A model generated the notes under the pieces. That model did no database searches and was not told where the DNA came from. It saw nothing but the letters and a program-made list of their open reading frames with translations. From an uncultured Gammaproteobacteria bacterium (GTDB lineage Bacteria > Patescibacteriota > Patescibacteriia > Magasanikbacterales > GWA2-37-8): a DNA stretch of 64,000 nt. The DNA is taken from contig CAZEDL010000001.1 in assembly GCA_964510885.1 (NCBI GenBank), positions 212,663-276,662 on the forward strand. The letters run 5' to 3'. Both the position numbers and the translations under genes were made by a program. Positions 55,115 to 63,397 of the stretch are shown here, one piece after another. Positions within the stretch are counted from its first letter, which is position 1, and each line of letters starts with the position of its first letter.

Positions 55115-55480
55115 ATGGACCAGCTGTACCACGACATTTTGCTTGATTTGTACCGGCACCCGCTGAACAAGGTAGTTCCAGAGCACTATTCAACACACAC
55201 GACTGAACATAACCCACTGTGCGGAGAAGAGCTGACGCTATATATTGGCTGGAGCACCCAAGGAACGATTGAAACAATTGGCTGGCAAGGCGATGGTTGT
55301 GCTATTTCACAGACAGCAGCGTCATTATTAACTGAGGAATTAAAAGGTAAAACAGTGGCCGAGGCCCAAAGCATAACCCTAGAACAACTATTATGTTTGC
55401 TTGGATTAACGGATTTGAATCCGACTCGCCAGCGCTGTGCGAGCCTGGGGCTCGTAGCGCTTAAAAAAATAATCGTATGA
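55115..55480 (+). CDS. sufU: SUF system Fe-S scaffold SufU (NifU/IscU-like)
   Basis: Cys ligands in …NPLCGEE…, …GDGCAIS…, …RQRCASL…. Confidence 0.75.
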   Translation: MDQLYHDILLDLYRHPLNKVVPEHYSTHTTEHNPLCGEELTLYIGWSTQGTIETIGWQGDGCAISQTAASLLTEELKGKTVAEAQSITLEQLLCLLGLTDLNPTRQRCASLGLVALKKIIV

Positions 55481-56199
55481 GCTTAACTATTTCTCATTTT
55501 ACTGTCGCGGTTGAAGGCAAGACTATCTTGTCTGATTTTAATTTGACCATTAAACCGGGTGAAGTACATGCCATCATGGGGCCGAATGGCTCGGGTAAGT
55601 CAACGCTGGCTAATTCTCTCATGGGCCACCCTAAATATGTGGCGCAGGGGCACGTGCAGATTAACGGTGAAGATATTACCGAATTGTCACCTGACAAAAA
55701 AGCCAAGGCTGGATTATTTTTGTCACCGCAGTACCCCCCGGAAATTGCCGGGGTGACGATTGCTAATTTTTTGCGTTTGGCGGTGGGGGCAAAACGCGGT
55801 TCGGCAGTTAACCCACTCACCTTTCAAAAAGAATTGTATGCGCTGATGGATGAGCTCGGTATCGATCATGCCTTTGCGGGGCGTTATTTGAATAAAGGAT
55901 TTTCAGGCGGCGAGAAAAAACGGTTGGAAATTTTACAACTGCTCTTGTTGCAGCCACAGTATGCGATTCTTGATGAAACGGATTCTGGGCTTGATGTTGA
56001 TGCGCTGCGCATTGTGGCGGCTGGGATTAATCGATTTAAGACGGCTGACACCGGAGTGCTGCTTATTACGCATTATAACCGAATTTTAGAATATGTTACG
56101 CCTGACTTTGTGCATATTATGAAAGGCGGCGCGATAGTTCGTTCAGGCGATAAAGATCTGGCTAAAGAAATTGAAGCCACCGGGTACGCTGAATTATAA
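55477..56199 (+). CDS. sufC: Fe-S cluster assembly ATPase SufC
   Basis: GPNGSGKST, FSGGEKKR, ILDETDSGLD motifs. Confidence 0.85.
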   Translation: MSLTISHFTVAVEGKTILSDFNLTIKPGEVHAIMGPNGSGKSTLANSLMGHPKYVAQGHVQINGEDITELSPDKKAKAGLFLSPQYPPEIAGVTIANFLRLAVGAKRGSAVNPLTFQKELYALMDELGIDHAFAGRYLNKGFSGGEKKRLEILQLLLLQPQYAILDETDSGLDVDALRIVAAGINRFKTADTGVLLITHYNRILEYVTPDFVHIMKGGAIVRSGDKDLAKEIEATGYAEL

Positions 56200-56203
56200 A
56201 ACT

Positions 56204-56488
56204 ATGTTAACCAAGGAAAAAATCATTGAGGCGCTGCAAACTATCAAAGATCCGGAAGTTGGATTTGATGTTTGGACTATGGGGCTAATTTATAATATCG
56301 ATGTTTCTAATAATGCGGTAAAAATTCTGATGACGTATACCACCCCGTTTTGTCCGTGGGGGCCGGAATTAAACCAATCAATTACCGACGGACTTAAAGC
56401 GATCGGGGCCGAAGAGGTAGCTATTGAAGTAACGTTTGAACCGCCGTATAAAATGCCGGAAGAGCTCCGGGTATTACTTGGCGTATAA
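56204..56488 (+). CDS. DUF59/SufT (MIP18-family) Fe-S assembly protein
   Basis: …IKDPEVGFDVWTMGLIY…TTPFCPWGP… pattern; ATG 56204. Confidence 0.65.
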   Translation: MLTKEKIIEALQTIKDPEVGFDVWTMGLIYNIDVSNNAVKILMTYTTPFCPWGPELNQSITDGLKAIGAEEVAIEVTFEPPYKMPEELRVLLGV

Positions 56489-56493
56489 TCGGT

Positions 56494-56805
56494 ATGGCTG
56501 TAAAAATTATTCGTGTCTGCTGCGGTCGAAAATGCACTGAACATGGCGCTGAATCAATCATGGAGCGCCTAAGCACTTTCTTTGGGCTTCAGCCGGGAGG
56601 AAAAAATGACCAAACAGATCTTGATTTTTGCGCTTGTACAGGGTATTGTGAGCAAGCTGCAAATGTAGTAATCGATGAAACGCATATTATCCACGAAGCT
56701 AAAGCCGAAACGATCGCCGAAAAAATTGAACGCGGCGAAACGAGTGAAATATATATTCCTGATTTTGATACCATTGCCAAAGATGATTTTTTAGGCGATT
56801 TATAA
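56494..56805 (+). CDS. Thioredoxin-like [2Fe-2S] ferredoxin domain protein
   Basis: Cys clusters VCCGRKC … CACTGYC. Confidence 0.5.
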   Translation: MAVKIIRVCCGRKCTEHGAESIMERLSTFFGLQPGGKNDQTDLDFCACTGYCEQAANVVIDETHIIHEAKAETIAEKIERGETSEIYIPDFDTIAKDDFLGDL

Positions 56806-56830
56806 CCACCTCTTTAGATTATATTATTTT

Positions 56831-57103
56831 ATGCCTGGACCTACTCAAGACCCTATTTCTGAAGGAACTAAAGCTACCGGCCAGATCCGCCGCATCGTGG
56901 TGGATCGCGCCAAGTGCATTGGTGCTCGCTCGTGTGCAGCGGTGGCGCCGGGGGTATTTGAAATGGATGATGGTAATTTAGCGTATGTGACGAATCCGGA
57001 GAGTACGGATGATGATACGATTATGATGGCGGCGCAGTCGTGCCCGGTCTTGGCGGTGCTACTGTATGATGAGGCGGGGAAGCAGATTTTTCCGGATGAA
57101 TAA
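56831..57103 (+). CDS. Small ferredoxin (single [3Fe-4S]/[4Fe-4S] cluster type)
   Basis: C-x5-C … C-P pattern (CIGARSCAAVAPGVFEMDD…AAQSCPVLA). Confidence 0.6.
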   Translation: MPGPTQDPISEGTKATGQIRRIVVDRAKCIGARSCAAVAPGVFEMDDGNLAYVTNPESTDDDTIMMAAQSCPVLAVLLYDEAGKQIFPDE

Positions 57104-57134
57104 AATTTATAATTTTAAAACACCTTGTCCAATT

Positions 57135-57161
57135 GTCATTCCCGCGAATGCGGGAATCCAG
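57135..57161. repeat. REP-like palindromic element copy A (GTCATTCCCGC-GAAT-GCGGGAATCCAG)
   Basis: 8-bp stem ATTCCCGC/GCGGGAAT, loop GAAT. Confidence 0.6.
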
Positions 57162-57175
57162 GGGTCACTATAATA

Positions 57176-57204
57176 AAAATCACCCTTCAACAGGTGATTT
57201 TTTA
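57176..57204. terminator. Bidirectional terminator after suf/ferredoxin operon
   Basis: AAAATCACC-CTTCAACA-GGTGATTTT + TTT. Confidence 0.6.
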
Positions 57205-57267
57205 ATTATTAATTTTACCAAGGGATCCTTCTCTGCCTGCGGCGGATCAGGATGACACCTGAGGGTG

Positions 57268-59538
57268 TCAATTCTCCCACCAGCGACCAGTTTCAAACAT
57301 TTCGCGTTTCCATTTGTAGACTTGTAATAATTCGCATTCGGTGAGCGGGGCGGTAGACGAGACTGATGTTTCGGTAATCGGAGCACACTCAAGGTGCCCA
57401 GGGACATCATAAGAAATTTTACGTCTGCCGCCTACGGCTTCATTGATGTAGAGGCCGAGCTCGTGCATACCTACCACATTTGGATATTTTTGACGATCGG
57501 CAAAGATAGAATACCCCTCAAATGAACTGGGCGCATTTATACCAAGCATATGAAGCAGTGTTGGGGCCACATCGATGCTTGAGGCGGTGGTGGTCACTTG
57601 CTTTGGCAACACCGTATCCGGCACATACATCAAGAAAAAATTCTCATCGTAATAGCTAAGCTGCTTAGCTTCTTTGGCAAACAGATCGGTGGTGAGGGCG
57701 GCCGGAAAAATGGCATGGTCGGCCACGGCGATGACAATAGTGTTACTGGCAAAACGGCTCGCTTTGAATCCTTGCCAGAATTTTAAAAAGGCATCGTCGG
57801 TGGTGTGAAATGAATTTAATACCAGTTGTTTGCCGTCGCCGTAGGGAACCGTATCTTTGGCTAGGTCAAACGGCGGGTGCGTGTCTACGGTTGCGAGCAT
57901 GGTGACTGAAGGCTCGGGAGATTTGGCCAAAAATTCCGTCACGGCCGGGAATAATTGATGATCGGAATAGCCCCATGCCAGCGGAGCGCCGGAAATATAA
58001 TCCTTAAGCTCGTCGGTGCCATAGACTTTATCTACGCCCGCACTGGTGAAAATACCATCTTTATGGGCAAAATCTTTGTCGACCGCGGTCAGATAATTAA
58101 CTTCTTTGTACCCACCCTGCCGTTTTAATAGTTCTGGAAAGCAGAGCAGGTGGTGGGCTTGAAGCTTGCGATCATTCTGAATTTCGTTGTGGCCGGTGGG
58201 AGGCAAGAAGGAGCACAGTTGCGACAAGGTGCCGGTGATGGTAGGCGTGGAGCCGTTAAAATAATTATGAAACACGGTGGTATTTGGATCAGCCGCCATA
58301 GTGTTGAACCCGGGGGTGAGATCGGCAAAACGCGGATTGTAGACGCCGGTCATGCGGGCGGAAAAAGATTCAAGCAGCAGAATCACGATATTTGGATGAT
58401 TGGTCTGCAGGCGGCTCGGCAATAATTTTTGTGTGGAGGAAGTAAATAATGTCTCGCGGTGGGCCGGCTTAGATGCCTCGGGGTTATAGTTAAGGCCAAA
58501 GCGCTGCATTTTTTTTTGCAGAGCAACGGGCAATAGTACGTGCTGTTCAGTCCCCTGCCAGCGCTGCATAAAGGTGCGTAGCACCACTCGCTCTGGCGCA
58601 GTCCGAAAAGAACTAAGGCCAAGCAGGAAGAATAGCCCGCCGGCAATGAGGCCGCTCTGGTACCACGACCAGTAACGAGCCGGAGTCTTGCTCTGAGCCT
58701 TGATTAACCTGACTAGAACGTAGATAAAACTGAGGAGTGCGATAATCCCGACTGCAATGACCAGGTAGACAAAATTGTTCTCAGCTACCCCTTCGCCACC
58801 ACCGCGGTGATCCCAGATCACCGGACTAAAATAGAGGCCGGAAAAATAGAGCACCGAAATGTTGGCTACCCAAAAAATAATGTTGAATATAAATAATGAA
58901 CCCCACAGAGTTACGCCGGCATACCGCCAATAGCGGGGTAGACGCTGATAGATAAAACTGGCTAGGGCAAAACCAATCAGCCAGAAGCCTGTCATAGATA
59001 CCACCCGGAACACCACGATATTAAAATATTTTATATCAGCATCGAGAATATAGTAGTGGTAAGAGGCATATTGGCAGAGCGCCTGAAACCAGAAGACAAA
59101 ATACCCCATGGCAAACATGTGGCGGTGAGTACTCAGCCACGGGCCAGCATTGGGGTGAGTCTGAAGTTCGCGATCGACGCGCCAGAATATAAACGGGAAT
59201 AGCAGGGCCGCGTAGCCGAGACTCAGCAGTTCATTTTTAGAAAAGAAAATCAGGAAAAATAAAGACAACAGGAAGATGAATTGCGGTAGAAAATCCTGAA
59301 ATTCTTTTTGCCAGAACGGATGCCGGGAAAAGCGCCGCACCAACCAATGATAGGCGTATAGCCCAGTTTCAATGGCAATAAATACAGCCAGAGACAGTGC
59401 GGCCACAATTATTACAAACCGCAGGTGATTATGCTTCACCAAATGATACCACCCCCACCCACCGGCAATAATACCGGCAGCGAGGCCGGTATAGAGGTGC
59501 TTTTTGACGAAGGCAATGATCCAGCTAAGAACTTTCAT
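57268..59538 (-). CDS. LTA-synthase/sulfatase-family membrane protein (polytopic N-domain + extracytoplasmic alkaline-phosphatase-like domain)
   Basis: 756 aa; ~10 TM N-terminus; C-terminal sulfatase-like region (…ILLLESFSARMTG…). Confidence 0.6.
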   Translation of the reverse strand: MKVLSWIIAFVKKHLYTGLAAGIIAGGWGWYHLVKHNHLRFVIIVAALSLAVFIAIETGLYAYHWLVRRFSRHPFWQKEFQDFLPQFIFLLSLFFLIFFSKNELLSLGYAALLFPFIFWRVDRELQTHPNAGPWLSTHRHMFAMGYFVFWFQALCQYASYHYYILDADIKYFNIVVFRVVSMTGFWLIGFALASFIYQRLPRYWRYAGVTLWGSLFIFNIIFWVANISVLYFSGLYFSPVIWDHRGGGEGVAENNFVYLVIAVGIIALLSFIYVLVRLIKAQSKTPARYWSWYQSGLIAGGLFFLLGLSSFRTAPERVVLRTFMQRWQGTEQHVLLPVALQKKMQRFGLNYNPEASKPAHRETLFTSSTQKLLPSRLQTNHPNIVILLLESFSARMTGVYNPRFADLTPGFNTMAADPNTTVFHNYFNGSTPTITGTLSQLCSFLPPTGHNEIQNDRKLQAHHLLCFPELLKRQGGYKEVNYLTAVDKDFAHKDGIFTSAGVDKVYGTDELKDYISGAPLAWGYSDHQLFPAVTEFLAKSPEPSVTMLATVDTHPPFDLAKDTVPYGDGKQLVLNSFHTTDDAFLKFWQGFKASRFASNTIVIAVADHAIFPAALTTDLFAKEAKQLSYYDENFFLMYVPDTVLPKQVTTTASSIDVAPTLLHMLGINAPSSFEGYSIFADRQKYPNVVGMHELGLYINEAVGGRRKISYDVPGHLECAPITETSVSSTAPLTECELLQVYKWKREMFETGRWWEN

Positions 59539-59542
59539 GCGA

Positions 59543-59914
59543 TTATTCTTCAGGGTTATATTCTTTGGCGGCGCGAGCGCCGAGCTTTTGTTTTTTTTCG
59601 TTGCCGTTCATGGTTACTTTATGTTTTTTAAGCTCAAGCTCAAGATAATCCCGAATTTTATCAATAGCCTTATATAACGTCTCTTCATTTTTGGAAGCAA
59701 ACAAATCGTTCCCGGCCACGCTGAGGCGGCATTCGGCCATAAAGACATCGCCTTTTTGATGGTGTTTTGAGTCTTGACCGACTACCACTTCGGCTTTGAT
59801 AATTGGGCTAAAAAATTTTTCAAGACTCTCAATTTTTTTATGCGTATATTCTTCGATAGCTGGGGTAAGACTAATACCTTTACCGGTGATATTGATTTGC
59901 ATATTTTTTTTCAT
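59543..59914 (-). CDS. hpf: Ribosome hibernation-promoting factor (HPF/RaiA, S30EA family)
   Basis: INITGKGISLTPAIEEY…KAEVVV pattern. Confidence 0.8.
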   Translation of the reverse strand: MKKNMQINITGKGISLTPAIEEYTHKKIESLEKFFSPIIKAEVVVGQDSKHHQKGDVFMAECRLSVAGNDLFASKNEETLYKAIDKIRDYLELELKKHKVTMNGNEKKQKLGARAAKEYNPEE

Positions 59915-59919
59915 TAAAA

Positions 59920-59946
59920 CATGAAAACACTAGAACATTAAAACAA
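59920..59946. repeat. Conserved ~27-nt motif copy 2 (upstream of hpf), also left arm of MITE-like unit
   Basis: CATTAAAACATGAAAACACTAGAACAT. Confidence 0.55.
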
Positions 59947-60156
59947 AATTGGTCGGTGTCATTCCCGCGCAGCAGCGGGAATCCAGTCGCAAATTTGCTA
60001 CATCACTTTGTCATTCTGAGTGGAACGAAGAATCCTTTATAGCTAACAGGAGTAATAAGTTAGCGTTAAGGGATCCTTCACTACGTTCAGCATGACAAGT
60101 ACTACAAACGCGTATTTTTTGTTTTTATGTTCTCGTGTTCTAGTGTTTTTCCATGC
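59928..60156. repeat. MITE-like ~230-bp intergenic unit with ~20-bp terminal inverted repeats containing REP-like copy B and a degenerate copy
   Basis: Left CATGAAAACACTAGAACAT (59932-59950) vs right ATGTTCTCGTGTTCTAGTGTTTTTCCATG (60128-60156, reverse complement CATGGAAAAACACTAGAACACGAGAACAT). Confidence 0.4.
59948..59976. repeat. REP-like palindromic element copy B (loop GCAGCA)
   Basis: GTCATTCCCGCGCAGCAGCGGGAATCCAG. Confidence 0.6.
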
Positions 60157-60175
60157 GAATGGATTTCACTGTAGT

Positions 60176-61120
60176 TCAATATGTTTTCATGATCTGTACT
60201 TCTGGCTCAAGTTTGACCCCAAAGTTAGTATACGCCCTACTAACTACTTCTTCAACCACGGCGAGCACGTCTGCCTGCGTCGCCTTATCAGCATTGACCA
60301 AAAAGTTGCCGTGCTCTTTTGAAACCATTGCGCCACCCACTTGGTAGCCCTTTAATTTATTTTGCTCCGTAGTCCAACCGGCCGGCACCTCCTGTTTGAT
60401 TTTAAATGACGCGGGGAGAAGTGACTTATCGCCCGGCCAAACCGAAAACGGAATATTCTTGAAAAAACTGCCAGCTGAAGGAGCGGCGGGGTATTTTCCA
60501 TTGCGGCCTTTAATCGTGGCTTGCATGGTTTGCATTAGTTCGAGCTTGTTGCCCGGAGAAGTTTTGAACCACGCGCGGATAACCACGTCGGTGTTATGTT
60601 TAAAGATGCTGTCGCGATATCCATAGGCACAGTCTTCTGGCCGGAGCATGATAACTTCACCATCGCGCCAGACTTCAATTTGGCGGAGTGATCGGCTGGT
60701 GTCACTATCCATGGCCCCAGCATTACCACGCACGGCACCTCCCACAGTCCCCGGCATTCCGGCGGCCCACTCGAGGCCAGCCAAATTATTCTGAACCGCC
60801 AGCATGACCAGGGCCGCAAAGGGAGCGCCTGCCTCGGCTATAATTTCTTGGCCGTCGATTTTTATGCCCTGGGTGGCCACCTTTATAACTACCCCTTCCC
60901 ATGCTTCATCCTGCCATAAGAGGTTTGATCCTCCGCCTAAAATAAAATAGGGCACCCCTTCGCCTACTAAAAAATTGAGGAGCTTAATTAGGTTATCCGA
61001 GTCCATGACCTCAACCATATATTGCGCTGGCCCACCAATATGGAAAGTCGTATATTTACTCATCAGCGCATTTGAGCGGACGCGGCCGTAGGTTTGTAAG
61101 TCTTTATATAATGTATCCAT
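60176..61120 (-). CDS. murB: UDP-N-acetylenolpyruvoylglucosamine reductase
   Basis: FAD-binding HIGGPA…GGGSNLL pattern, 314 aa. Confidence 0.85.
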   Translation of the reverse strand: MDTLYKDLQTYGRVRSNALMSKYTTFHIGGPAQYMVEVMDSDNLIKLLNFLVGEGVPYFILGGGSNLLWQDEAWEGVVIKVATQGIKIDGQEIIAEAGAPFAALVMLAVQNNLAGLEWAAGMPGTVGGAVRGNAGAMDSDTSRSLRQIEVWRDGEVIMLRPEDCAYGYRDSIFKHNTDVVIRAWFKTSPGNKLELMQTMQATIKGRNGKYPAAPSAGSFFKNIPFSVWPGDKSLLPASFKIKQEVPAGWTTEQNKLKGYQVGGAMVSKEHGNFLVNADKATQADVLAVVEEVVSRAYTNFGVKLEPEVQIMKTY

Positions 61121-61244
61121 AAAATGCCTTAACTGAGCGGTATTATACTTATTATTACTTCGTATTTCGGCCGTCTATTTCAGTGCCTAGGACAGCGTTG
61201 ACGGCGGTTGCCAACTGCATCTTTTTTTAGTATACTACCCGCCT

Positions 61245-62477
61245 ATGAAAGCCCTTGAATTAGCGCTAAAAAAGGCTCCTATAGTCTATGTTACCCGCGA
61301 TATTGAGCGGGCTCTTGGGCTGCCCGCAGGGGTTAAAAACTATGTCATCATAACAAATGCCACCCCCTTTGCAAAGGAAATAGCCAAAGGGCGGCAGAAT
61401 GTTATGCTTGTCGGAGGCAAGAAGCTGCTTGATACACGAGAGCTACTCGCACACTCTGCCACCAAACGATACGTGAAAAAATTAAGCTCGCCGCGGATTG
61501 TAGTGTTTAAGAACACTCAGGCAATTGAACGAGAGTGCTTAAAAAATGGCTGGCAGCTTTTGAATCCGTCGGCAGTAGTCGCGAGCGCGATTGAAGAAAA
61601 AATTAGCCAAGTAGCCTGGCTCGGGCCACTACAAAAATATTTGCCGCCCCACCGGATTGTCACCTGCAAGCAGGTACGTTTTACTGGCACGCCGTTTATT
61701 ATGCAATTCAACCGGGCGCACACCGGCAGCGGCACCATGCTCATTTCAAATGACGGCGAATTAGCAGAATTTCAAAACCTGTTTCCAGATCGACCAGTTA
61801 GAATTACGGAGTATATCACCGGGCCTTTATTTACCAATAACAACGTGGTATGGGACACCACTGTGTTGACCGGTAATATCAGCTGCCAAATCACCGGACT
61901 GCCACCATTTACCAGTCGGCCATTTGCTACCATTGGCAATGATTGGAAATTACCACACCATATTTTAAATAAAAAGCAATTACAGCAGTTTAATAAAATG
62001 GCAACTGACATTGGCAAACAACTTCAGAAGAGCGGGTGGCGCGGATTGTTCGGGATTGATGTGGTGCTCGATGCAAAGACTAAAAAATTATACCTGATAG
62101 AAATTAATGCCAGGCAGCCAGCGAGCACTACCTACGAATCAGAGCTGCAACAACTGGTTAAAAAGAAAAAAGCGACTTCGCTAACTACTTTTGCAGCACA
62201 TCTGTCTGCGTTACTCGAACTGCCGTATAAAAAAGAAACACTAGCACCGATTAGCGACGGGGCGCAGGTTGTACAAAAAAGAATTACGAATAAAGAATTA
62301 CGAATTAAGGAGTGTGCGAAGAAACTTAAAGCTAAAGGATTTAACATTATTTCCTATACGAATACTGAGCCAGAATCAGATTGGCTACGTATTCAAAGCA
62401 AGACTAGCCTAATGAAAAATTACCAGATGTTTAATGAACAGGGAGCGATGATTCAAAAAATGTTAGCGGAATTATAA
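61245..62477 (+). CDS. ATP-grasp domain protein of unknown specificity
   Basis: LYLIEINARQP ATP-grasp catalytic loop; does not match canonical Ddl N-terminus. Confidence 0.6.
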   Translation: MKALELALKKAPIVYVTRDIERALGLPAGVKNYVIITNATPFAKEIAKGRQNVMLVGGKKLLDTRELLAHSATKRYVKKLSSPRIVVFKNTQAIERECLKNGWQLLNPSAVVASAIEEKISQVAWLGPLQKYLPPHRIVTCKQVRFTGTPFIMQFNRAHTGSGTMLISNDGELAEFQNLFPDRPVRITEYITGPLFTNNNVVWDTTVLTGNISCQITGLPPFTSRPFATIGNDWKLPHHILNKKQLQQFNKMATDIGKQLQKSGWRGLFGIDVVLDAKTKKLYLIEINARQPASTTYESELQQLVKKKKATSLTTFAAHLSALLELPYKKETLAPISDGAQVVQKRITNKELRIKECAKKLKAKGFNIISYTNTEPESDWLRIQSKTSLMKNYQMFNEQGAMIQKMLAEL

Positions 62478-62491
62478 TATTAAGTGAACGA

Positions 62492-62518
62492 CTGGATTCC
62501 CGCCTACGCGGGAATGAC
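62492..62518. repeat. REP-like palindromic element copy C (inverted orientation; loop CTAC/GTAG) with adjacent degenerate copy
   Basis: CTGGATTCCCGCCTACGCGGGAATGAC; degenerate CTGGATTCTCC…GGGAACGACAA at ~62547-62575. Confidence 0.6.
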
Positions 62519-62578
62519 AATGAATGATAAAGAACCTGGATTCTCCAAACTGAACCCCGGGAACGACAATAAAAGTAT

Positions 62579-63397
62579 ATGCTGTCACCAAAAGCTGAAC
62601 AACTTATTAACGACTATTTTAATCTGCCGTTTGCCGGCATCCCGGGAGTGCGCTGCCCGTATTTTAATAATGCTATACTCAGGCGGCGCGCCGAGTTGCG
62701 AGCCCTGATTGGGAAAGGCACGCCAAAAGAAATCGTGGATGAGGCCAAAATTATTTCACTGCAGTATCACACCGGTTTATTTGATACCAGCGGCAACTGC
62801 TGTTTGCATAATGAACATACCGGAGAAAAAACTACTCCAGAACAAATCAGAAAATTTTTAATTGAACGCAAACTCGGGGTTGAATGTTCTGGTTTTGTAA
62901 CTCAAGTGCTCAGCGCTCACTATTTAGAAAGCAAAAAAATAGTGTTGACCAAAAAATTAACCATCTGCCCGCGCACCCGGCTACTACGTCGTGTAATTTG
63001 TCGTCTGCGTCCGATTGAAAATTGCGGTGTTACCGTGTATGCGGATAATGATAATACAAGTGTTGTCGTAGGCAGCAGCGGGCCATACGCTTACCACAAT
63101 GTACAACCGGGTGATGTTATTGTCTTAATCGGGGCTGGGCCACGCAAGAATCATAATCATATTTTACTCATTACTGATGTCACTAATTCTGTCATCAGCT
63201 ATACCCATGCCCGGGCTTGGAAAAGCGAAGGGTTGTATGGACATGGGGTGGCTCGTGGCACAATTACGATTGTAAATCCTGGCAATAATCTGCTGGCACA
63301 AAGGTTTGAAGAAAATGGTATGATCGGTGCTGACAATGAAACATTTGTGGAAATGACCGAGGCTCAGCAGCTCGAAATTAGACGCGTGAATGTATGA
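62579..63397 (+). CDS. Hypothetical protein with candidate Cys/His papain-like (CHAP/NlpC-P60-type) signature
   Basis: GVECSGFV (Cys) … NHNHILLITDV (His) ~80 aa apart; weak. Confidence 0.35.
   Translation: MLSPKAEQLINDYFNLPFAGIPGVRCPYFNNAILRRRAELRALIGKGTPKEIVDEAKIISLQYHTGLFDTSGNCCLHNEHTGEKTTPEQIRKFLIERKLGVECSGFVTQVLSAHYLESKKIVLTKKLTICPRTRLLRRVICRLRPIENCGVTVYADNDNTSVVVGSSGPYAYHNVQPGDVIVLIGAGPRKNHNHILLITDVTNSVISYTHARAWKSEGLYGHGVARGTITIVNPGNNLLAQRFEENGMIGADNETFVEMTEAQQLEIRRVNV

Noticed and set aside
60092-60347. Small + strand ORFs overlapping the 3' end of murB
   Set aside because: They are antisense to the well-supported murB gene. They were kept out of the feature list.
57135-62518. CRISPR array hypothesis for the GTCATTCCCGC…GCGGGAATCCAG repeats
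   Set aside because: The copies are 2.5-2.8 kb apart in separate intergenic regions, one is inverted, and there are no cas genes in the window. They behave like dispersed REP-type palindromes.
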